From Octopus bimaculoides (lineage: Eukaryota), in the NCBI RefSeq assembly GCF_001194135.2, contig NC_068990.1:17874189-17918657 (forward strand): 44,469 nucleotides of DNA, read 5' to 3'. Below the pieces are notes generated by a model, which saw nothing but the letters and a program-made list of their open reading frames with translations, made no database searches and was not told where the DNA came from. Shown here piece after piece: positions 35,525-44,469 of this stretch. A program made the position numbers and the translations under genes. Positions within the stretch are counted from its first letter, which is position 1, and each line of letters begins with the position of its first letter.

Positions 35525-36725
35525 TAAAAAGCACCATTCAAACATGGTCAATGCCAGTCCTGTCTGACTGGCTTCCGTGCTGGTGGCATGTAAAATACAC
35601 CCACCACACTCTTGGAATGGTTAGCATTAAGACTGGAATGAAGCGGTAGAAACCTTGCCAAATCAGATTGGAGCCTGGTGCAGCCTCCCAGCTTGCCAGT
35701 CCTCAATCAAACCGTTCAACCCATGCCAGCATGGAAAGCGGATATTAAATGATAATGATGATGATAATGATGATGATGATATATGATGGGCTTCTCTCAC
35801 AAGGCTTTGGTTGGTTGGCTAGGGGCTATGATAGAAGACACTTGTTCAAGGCGCAGCAAAACAATACTGAGCCCAAAAGAATATGGTTAAGAAATAAGCT
35901 ACTTAGAAACACAGCCTTAAGATAAAACACCATAAATATATATTACATAGAAGTATACTATAAATGAGATCATACTGTAGAAAACACAGCATAAATGCAC
36001 ATAGCATAGCTCTTACTTTGTCACAGCTCTTGGAAAATTCAAATTTTAATAAATCTGATTTTTTTTTACTCAGATCTCAAACTGAGATATGTCACAGCCA
36101 AGCTATAATGGCTTCAGAAGATAATTCTTCAGAAGTATTAGAAATGCCTTAAATTGTTTAAAATGTTAAACAAGTTAATCATTTAATAAAGCATAAATTT
36201 CTTGTAGGGTTTCTCATTTCTGCATCTTGAAATAGATATATTTTTGAGGGAGACTAATTTAAAACTGGTGATCTCTGAGATATTACAACACTAGAATAAA
36301 TACATTATAATAGTTTTTAAGGTTTTAATCAGAGTAGAAAATACAGCACTCATGACTCTTTTCAAGATTTGTGACACTAAGTGGACCTTATCCTCAGACA
36401 TGGGACTGAGGTTGTTTGTTTGCAACAGAATGGACTTTTCTGTTAAAGGCACCCAAGGGCCAACTGGTGGTGCTTAACCGGGCAAGATAGGTGACCTGGA
36501 CTAACAAAGTGGATTCTTCTGTTAAGGGCAGTTTATTTTCTATTTGAAAATATTCAAACCCTCTTTTATCATATTTCTGGATGGTTAAATCTGGAATGTC
36601 TTTGAACATTCATAACTCATTTGTTACCATATTTCTGATGAAATACACTTGATTTTTTTTTTTTTATTAATTCTGAAAATAAAAAAGAATTTAGTAAAAT
36701 AACTTAAACATTATTAAGATGATGT

Positions 36726-36940
36726 CTAAGACAGCAAGCTGCCTGAATTGTTAGCAAGCCAGGCAAAATGCTAAACAGCATTTCACCTGTGTTTATGTTC
36801 TGAGTTCAAATTCTGTTGAGGTCGACTTTGCCTTTCAATGTTTTAGGATCGATAAAATAAGTACCAGTTGATCACTGGGGTTGATGTAATTGACTTACCC
36901 CTTCCCCTGAAATTATTGGCCTTGTGCCAAAATTTGAAAC
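36726..36940 (+). mobile_element. Family-A SINE inserted into a TTAA MITE
   Basis: Perfect 17-bp TSD CATTATTAAGATGATGT at 36709-36725 and 36941-36957. Other family-A copies at 10795-11000(-), 15660-15785(-), 19175-19365(-), 35024-35247, 37285-37450(-), 38365-38500 and 39060-39200. Confidence 0.88.
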
Positions 36941-38519
36941 CATTATTAAGATGATGTTTGGAACATAAAATAATGACGGAACAATTTAATTTAGATCACT
37001 TAAATATAGGAAGTTTGTATCATGTAAGGACAGTCCCAGGAAGGTTGATATCAAAAGGGTTAAATCCCATCCTACCATCATTTGATGATGTAGTCTGGAA
37101 TTTACTGTGATTTAATAAAAAATCACCGGATGGTCATGATTGGGAAGCCTTTGAACATACAGAACTCTTTTGTTACCATATTTCTGTTGAAACACATTGT
37201 TTTTTGTTTCAATTAATTTTGAAAATATAGGAGAATTTATTAAAATGTCTTTGTCATTATTAAGTGGGTGTTTGGAACATAAATTGATTTCAAATTTTGA
37301 CATAAGGCCAGCAAGTTCGGGGAAATGACCCCAGTATTCAACTGGTACTTATTTTATTGACCTTGAAAGAATGAAAGTTAATGTAAAGATGAATGAAATG
37401 CTGCTAAGCACTTTGCTCAGCGTGCTAATGATTCTGCCAGCTCACCGGCCTAGCTTGGAACATAAATTACCATGAAATTTTGATGAAAGGTTTTAATTTA
37501 GATCATTTGAAAACAGGAAGTTCGTAGCATGAAACTAGGAATGGTCTCAGGTGGATTGGCATCAAATGAAATGCAAATTACATGGGATAAAACACAGGGA
37601 GTTGTTAAAGACTTCTCTGAAAGGCATCGACCTGGGTTGAATGCTTGCAACAAAGTGGACTCCTCTGTTAAAGGCATCCAAGGATCAGGTGATGGTGTTT
37701 AACTGGACCAGAAGACAGAATCAAGTTGAATACTTGCAACTGAGCAGACTCCTCTACTAAAGGCACCCAAGAGTTAGGTTGTAAGATTGGATATTTATTT
37801 CTAATTGAAAGGAAGAGGATTAAATGTATAATAGAATGATACTTTTATTATAACCCTGGTGTATATGTGGGGATGAATATTACTTCTCAGTATTAATACT
37901 TCCTCTGTCACTAATATATATTATATATGTTATACATGCTGGTGTTTTAATCTAAAGCTGTTTCAAGCATGTATATTAATGTTGTTCATAACAGACATAA
38001 TCCTTAGAGCTCATCCAAGCTTTCAATTTTGCTGCTTTCTTCCCACAAAAGTTCAATATTTGAAAGTATCAAAAAATATAAATGATTAATATTATAGAGT
38101 TCCACTCCAAAGTCCAGTCTTTGTTGTGGTGTTGTGGCTTGTGTGTATCAATCACCCTGAGAACTATGTCAGTGAAGTGTAAGCTCCAGGCAGAGCCTCT
38201 CATGCTAGGTAGGTCAAAGGTTAGAGGTTAGATGAATATGATTCAACCCTTCCCAGAGGTAAAAATAGGTTTGCATAGGGTCAACACCCCTCCTAGAAAG
38301 AAATGCAAAGTTACCAAAGCATTGATGACAATTCAAAACCAACAAGACCTGGGAGAAGACAGCCCACAGTTATCCTTTAGGGGTCAATAAAATAAGTACC
38401 AATCAAGAACTGGAGTTGATGTGCTCAACCAGTCCCCTCCCATCAAATTTCAGGCCTCGTGCCTACAGGAGAAACGATTATTATTCGTACTATTATTAGT
38501 ATTATCAAGGCAGTGAACA

Positions 38520-39050
38520 TCATCTCATCTCATCTAGATTGTCCCATAGGACACTCTAAATGTGTGGATTCATAGGGGTTTTGGTTGTGCATACTATAGG
38601 AGTCGCAAGGTGCTGCTCCATGTGGTCCTACAGTTTCCATCCAACTAGGAATATTAGGGCCTCGTCCATTGTCTTGTATTCAAGATCCTCTGCATGATAT
38701 CCTGCTTGTTCAAAGCCACAAATCTGATCTGTTAGGTCTTGCCGATAATTAAATCCACGCCCTGCTGCTGATGCTTCGATTTATTAAGGTTTTGTCTGTC
38801 TCCTATCCTTCAACCTGTCAGGTCTGGTAAGAGCTGCCTGAAGATTTTTCTCCCTCCAGCATAACTCTCCAGGTCAATGGAGCACACAGGCACTTCACCA
38901 CGACATGGTACTTGTTGAATTGGCTGTTGACTACACAGTAGTTCTGCCCTTTCACGGGTCTTATTTTTCATCCCACAGGGTGTCCAACAATCACCCTCCT
39001 CACCAAGCAAGTTTGATGGGGTTGCCAGTTTAGTTGCTGACGACCCTGCA
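38520..39050 (-). mobile_element. Probable non-autonomous RTE derivative (5' UTR-like segment plus GATGA tail)
   Basis: The minus strand has TGTCGTGGTGAAGTGCCTGTGTGCTCCATTGACC...GACAGGT, resembling RTE/Bov-B 5' UTRs as recalled, and ends AGATGAGATGAGATG. A similar 5' UTR-like piece lies at 38125-38350(+). Confidence 0.45.
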
Positions 39051-40328
39051 GTGAACAGGAAGAATCATTTCCACATCAGACCAAATGCTTAGCAGCATTT
39101 CATCTGTCCTTCCATTCTGAGTTCAAATTCTGCCAGGGTCGACTTTGCCTTTCATTCTTTTAGGGTCAATAAAATAAGTACCAGTTGCATACTGGTGTCA
39201 AAAAAAAATCGTTGGATGACCGATGCTCCATAAAACATGAAAGGCTTAAATAAGTAAGTGTTAAAGGGTTAAACATTTTTATGGTTTTTCTACCTAATTC
39301 AAAACTTTGCAAGTGTTATCTATACAGATAAATCACAAAACATTCACCTTCAATGTGTTACACATGTGATCAATTTTAACTGGATGCAATGAAAAACAAA
39401 ATCAAAACATATTCCAACATAGTGGGACAGACATCTGGTGTTTGACAGTAAACTTATCTTATATTTTTAATCAAAGATAAAAATATGCATGTACACTTAT
39501 TTATATATTTATAATCTTATTTATAAGTCTACTTACAGTTCTATTTTTTAATTATGTTTTTTCTGTTGAATCTTTTTGCTTTTGTCTATGAGAGAAACCA
39601 GTTTTCTCATTATTGGTAAAGTTTTAAAGATTAAAATTAAATGACAATTTTATCAACAATTAAACAATAATCTTTGTGCAATAGCGAAAGCTCTTTCATA
39701 ATGATATATGTATATGTCTTATTTATCTTTTTAAACTAATTAAATGTTTGGAGAGATTTTGTATAAATAACTAACTTTTCCACTGTTATATTGAAAAATA
39801 TGCAAAGAAATATATATATATATATATATATGTATATATCTCAAGTCATTAAGAATGAAATGTCCGATTTTCTTATGCACCAAGTTTGACAGTCGTTAAC
39901 TCTAATGTTTTATCCTGACAATTCTTTATTTTACAACATTGAAGAGTTACATCATCATTTTTCGAAATGTGAGTTTTCTCTGGTAAAATGAGAAATCCTG
40001 TGATGGACTAGCATCCTATCCAAGTATGGGATATATACCCACTAAATCCAGGAAACATCCTTATAAGCCTGTAGCTCGGGAAGGACCTTTGATCTTTCTT
40101 TTCATCTACCTGAGTCTACCCTTGATTCCATGATAGATTTTACTAAATTCTTCATTATTTTGAAATTTAATTGAAACAAAGGCAGTATAATTCACCAGAA
40201 ATATGTTCACAAAAGGATTAAGCAGACCTATTCTCAAAGGTATCCCAGCCATGACCATCCAGCCATTTTGTATTTAAAATTAGTAAACCCCAGACTACAT
40301 CATCCAGTGATGGTAGGGTGTGATTTAA

Positions 40329-40550
40329 CCCTTTTCATATCAACCTGACTGAGATCACACCTTGTTTGAATGATACAAACTTCCTGTTTTAAAGTGATCC
40401 AAATTAAAATCTCATTCAAAATGTCATGTTAATTCATGCTCCAAACACCTGCTTCTTAATATTTAAGTTATTTTAGTAAATTCTTCTTCAATTTCAAAGT
40501 GAATTGAAACAAAGGCAGTGTATTTCAACAGAAATATAATTATAAAACAG
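40329..40550. mobile_element. 222-bp MITE with TTAA target duplication (piggyBac-like ends)
   Basis: TTAA at 40325-40328 and 40551-40554. One end reads CCCTTTTCATATCA; the other end is decayed here but reads AACAAAAGAGTTAA in sister copies. Related copies at 36610-37060, 37160-37560 and 40135-40225. Confidence 0.7.
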
Positions 40551-40841
40551 TTAAACCAGCAGGACCCTCTTCTTGCCTATACCATATTACACATAAGCTA
40601 TGTATATGTAGTATATTCCATATATATAAAAAAGCTTCCTCAGGTTGGCCAATTTTATGTTTAATGCTTATGTTTTTGCTGTAATCCTTGCTCCATCTTT
40701 TTCTATATCTGACCTAAAATCAATATTTGTAACCCAGTCAGTCTGCTTATAATACTATATCAATCAATCATTTCATTCAAACTCTAGCTGGCATTTCTTT
40801 ATTTTCATTCATGTGTCACTCTCTCTTTTTCATTCATTCAC

Positions 40842-40876
<35 letters not shown>

Positions 40877-41134
40877 TTCTCTCTTCTCATCACACACCAC
40901 ATTTTCATACCACACAAGTATCTCTCTTATCTCTTGTAAATTCAAACATTAACACCATCAGCAACCACCGCCGCCACTGTTGCAACTTTGTCTTGTTTCC
41001 AAGCAAGATAATATTTCCGATTGACTGGATATATTTTCATGGAAGATTTGAAATGACACCACTTGTGTGATGGTCAAACTTGTTTACAACTGTCATACAA
41101 AGTCAAGAATGGGAGAAACAAACACATAAACACA

Positions 41135-41181
<47 letters not shown>

Positions 41182-41396
41182 ATGCACAACACAACACTCA
41201 CACATACGCATACAAAATGGGCATCATTTCAGTTTCCATCAACCAAATCCACTCACAAACTGTTGGCTGGCCTAGGGCTATACAAGAGGACACTTGCACA
41301 AGGTAGCATCATCCAGGACTGAACTGCAAATCACATGTCTGGGAAGTAAACTTCTTACATTCACAGTGCTACCCACCCCCCACATGCACACACATG

Positions 41397-41618
41397 CGTG
41401 AGTGGGTGTTGGAAAGTTTCTGGCTTTAAGGGTATTGTGAAACACCTGATTGGATGACGAACCTTCTGAGTTCTTTTACAGGGCTTAGAAAAACTGAAGG
41501 ACTACTGCAGTAAGTGTGGTGTGAATCTAAAAGGGGAATATGTTGAATAAAATCATAATTAACTGATCCATCTGTATTTTCTTTTACCCAAAGTCAGGAA
41601 CTTTTCATCACCCCACCA
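41397..41618 (+). mobile_element. Mariner-derived MITE, about 220 bp
   Basis: TIRs GGGTGTTGGAAAGTTTCTGGCTTT and AAAGTCAGGAACTTTTCATCACCCC. The interior retains the mariner C-terminus, approximately QGLEKLKDYCSKC.NLKGEYVE*. Confidence 0.78.
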
Positions 41619-41620
41619 TA

Positions 41621-42493
41621 CATGGGGTGTTCAGGTTAAATTTGATGATTATTTTAATGTTTCCTTTTATCAAAAACAGTTCAATGTATTGGTGAACAGT
41701 CTGTGGTGTTGGAGAGCATAAAGATTAAAGCTGTGGTTGAGAAAAAGTTAGCTGATATGGAGGATTAGAAGACATCTGAATATTGGAAAAGAGTTATTTG
41801 TATCACACCAAGTATCAAAATGTGAACATCATGACTGCTGCCCAATGCTCTGTGAACACTGTAAAGATTGTATGATGTGACATGGACATCATGAAAAGAC
41901 AGTTCACCCAAAACTGTGATAGTCTTTGTATGTGTCTCCAGTGAGGACAATATCATGCTACTCCACATCTTTGAAGAGAGATGCAGGCTCAATTTAGACA
42001 ACTAAGTGAAGCTACTGGAGATTGTGGTCAATCCCTAGCTAGAGAGAGTTGCTGTTGGAAGGCCATATGTGTGGCAGTAGGATTTGGTTCATTGCCATAC
42101 CTCCAGAAAGAGTCAGAAATGGTTATCAGCAAATTTCTACAACTTCACCAACCCCCAACTTCTATCCTCCTAATTCTCTCAATTGTATTCCCATGGATTA
42201 CTATGTGTGGGGTTTGGTTGGGAAAGACACCAACTGGTCTGCCTGCAACACTAAGGCTGGCAGCCAACACCAAGATCTTCCCAGGAACACAGTGAGGAAT
42301 GCATGCACCAGGTCCCAGAGCTGTATTGAGGTTGTGGTGCAAGCCGAGGGCAGCTATTTAAAAAAAAAACTGTTATCTCCCAGTCCTAATCCAGTTGACA
42401 TTCATTGATTTTTTAAAATAATTTATTTTTAGATAGGATATTATGTTTTCTTTTCTTTTTATGCAAACTGTCAAATTTAGCCCCCAAACCTTG
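41621..42493 (+). mobile_element. Internally deleted DD37D (maT) element with degenerate TIRs
   Basis: Same transposase C-terminus as 26828-27295, with 37 residues between the 2nd and 3rd Asp after correcting a 1-nt insertion. Ends CATGGGGTGTTCAGGTTAAATTTGA and TCAAATTTAGCCCCCAAACCTTG, flanked by TA at 41619-41620 and 42494-42495. Confidence 0.75.
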
Positions 42494-43705
42494 TATTTGT
42501 ATGTGTTATACATACATACATACATATACATACATACATACATACATACATATGTATGTATACATTGCAACACCTGTCCATGTTCGGATTATCCTTACAC
42601 AGGGGCCATCCGGACTCCCGTTTGCACCATGAACAGGAATTAATCTTCTCTCTTCGCTCCTTTGCACAGCATAGGCTCAACTCTCCTCCCCTTTTCAACT
42701 AAACTCCTCCCCTTGCCTCTTTCCCCCTCTCCCCCTCCCTCCTACTTCCTCCCACCCACCTCTCCTTTCTTACTCTGATTCCTACTTCTCTTCACCCCTA
42801 CTCTCTTCCTCTCTTTCTCTCATACCCACCTTCCCCTTCCCCCTTCATCATCAACCCNNNNNNNNNNNNNNNNNNNNNNNNNNNNNNNNNNNNNNNNNNN
42901 NNNNNNNNNNNNNNNNNNNNNNNNNNNNNNNNNNNNNNNNNNNNNNNNNNNNNNNNNNNNNNNNNNNNNNNNNNNNNNNNNNNNNNNNNNNNNNNNNNNN
43001 NNNNNNNNNNNNNNNNNNNNNNNNNNNNNNNNNNNNNNNNNNNNNNNNNNNNNNNNNNNNNNNNNNNNNNNNNNNNNNNNNNNNNNNNNNNNNNNNNNNN
43101 NNNNNNNNNNNNNNNNNNNNNNNNNNNNNNNNNNNNNNNNNNNNNNNNNNNNNNNNNNNNNNNNNNNNNNNNNNNNNNNNNNNNNNNNNNNNNNNNNNNN
43201 NNNNNNNNNNNNNNNNNNNNNNNNNNNNNNNNNNNNNNNNNNNNNNNNNNNNNNNNNNNNNNNNNNNNNNNNNNNNNNNNNNNNNNNNNNNNNNNNNNNN
43301 NNNNNNNNNNNNNNNNNNNNNNNNNNNNNNNNNNNNNNNNNNNNNNNNNNNNNNNNNNNNNNNNNNNNNNNNNNNNNNNNNNNNNNNNNNNNNNNNNNNN
43401 NNNNNNNNNNNNNNNNNNNNNNNNNNNNNNNNNNNNNNNNNNNNNNNNNNNNNNNNNNNNNNNNNNNNNNNNNNNNNNNNNNNNNNNNNNNNNNNNNNNN
43501 NNNNNNNNNNNNNNNNNNNNNNNNNNNNNNNNNNNNNNNNNNNNNNNNNNNNNNNNNNNNNNNNNNNNNNNNNNNNNNNNNNNNNNNNNNNNNNNNNNNN
43601 NNNNNNNNNNNNNNNNNNNNNNNNNNNNNNNNNNNNNNNNNNNNNNNNNNNNNNNNNNNNNNNNNNNNNNNNNNNNNNNNNNNNNNNNNNNNNNNNNNNN
43701 NNNNN

Positions 43706-43968
43706 TATATAAACACACCAGCATCGGTTGTCAAGCGATGTTGGGGGGACAAACACAGACACACAAACATATACACACATACATACATATATATATACAT
43801 ATATACGACAGGCTTCTTTCAGTTTCCGTCTACCAAATCCACTCACAAGGCTTTGGTCGGCCCAAGGCTATAGTAGAAGACACTTGCCCAAAGTGCCACG
43901 CAGTGGGACTGAACCCGGGACCATGTGCTTGGTAAGCAAGCTACTTACCACACAGCCACTCCTACGCC
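43706..43968 (-). mobile_element. Young copy of SINE family C
   Basis: CpGs retained. A-box-like TGGCTGTGTGGT at 43958-43947 and B-box-like GGTTCAGTCCC at 43915-43905. The 3' part runs into the gap. Confidence 0.85.
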
Positions 43969-43987
43969 TATGTATGTATATATATAT

Positions 43988-44120
43988 GATAAAAAATTAT
44001 TAGTTACAGAATAAAAGCATTACATTTGGGTCAACAACTCAACATACAACAGAGACTGTTGTATGTGGAGAGTTGACCCAAATGTAATGCTTTTATTCTG
44101 TAACTAATAATTTTTTTATC
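43988..44120. repeat. Near-perfect 133-bp inverted repeat
   Basis: Arms of about 65 bp with a 3-nt loop (AGA), 2 mismatches and 2 single-base bulges. Confidence 0.95.
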
Positions 44121-44469
44121 CCTGTCTCAATTAACTTGAGCACTTCTCTTTGCAGTCCTGTAAAAAACTAATTTCTTTCTTAATAAGAAATGTTTACTAT
44201 TACCTATATGTGTATATATATATATATTCTCTTATTCTTTATTTGCTTCAGTCATTTGACTGTGGCTATGCTGGAGCACCACTCTTAGTTGACTAAATTG
44301 ACCCTTGGATTTATTCTTTGTAAGCCTAGTACTTATTCTATTGGTCTCTTTTGCTGAACTGCTAAGTTACAGGGATGTAAATCAGTTGTCAAGTGATGAT
44401 GGTGGGAGGGGGGACAAACACAGACACACAAACATACATACACACACACATATTTATATATATATATAT

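Noticed and set aside
36421-37771. CRISPR-like repeat-spacer appearance
   Set aside because: Eukaryotic intron-type context, only 2-3 degenerate repeats per cluster and no cas genes; kept only as an unclassified repeat.
9235-43846. Long ORFs in the track (e.g. 24662-25789, 29609-30622, 42798-43724)
   Set aside because: They are long only because they run through N gaps and microsatellites; there is no coding signal.
43905-43968. tRNA-like A and B boxes
   Set aside because: These are SINE heads with no full cloverleaf; no genuine tRNA or rRNA gene was seen in the window.

Overview
Eukaryotic, AT-rich, microsatellite- and SINE-dense draft-assembly DNA with many N gaps. The repeat families look like those of octopod cephalopods (inference from recalled repeat sequences, not a search). 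Two spliced genes face each other tail-to-tail. (1) A minus-strand GH18 chitinase, reconstructed by eye from seven coding exons between 31629 and 6786. It has a signal peptide and an intact DxxDxDxE motif, but stops right after the catalytic domain with no chitin-binding module. One internal exon is missing and probably lies in the 13229-13600 gap. (2) A plus-strand Ly6/uPAR (three-finger) gene with exons at 1934-2055 and 3141-3383, encoding 12 Cys and a GPI-type tail; its signal-peptide exon was not found in the window. The rest is transposon debris: R4/Dong-like, CRE, CR1 and RTE LINE fragments, four SINE families, DD37D (maT) transposase relics, and mariner, hAT and TTAA-type MITEs, several with target-site duplications (TSDs). 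The most unusual non-coding items are a foldback element built from inverted hammerhead-ribozyme-like units (29161-29535), a near-perfect 133-bp hairpin (43988-44120), and a heat-shock-element/TATA/Inr cassette inside the Ly6 intron. No prokaryote-type system (CRISPR, operon) is present.
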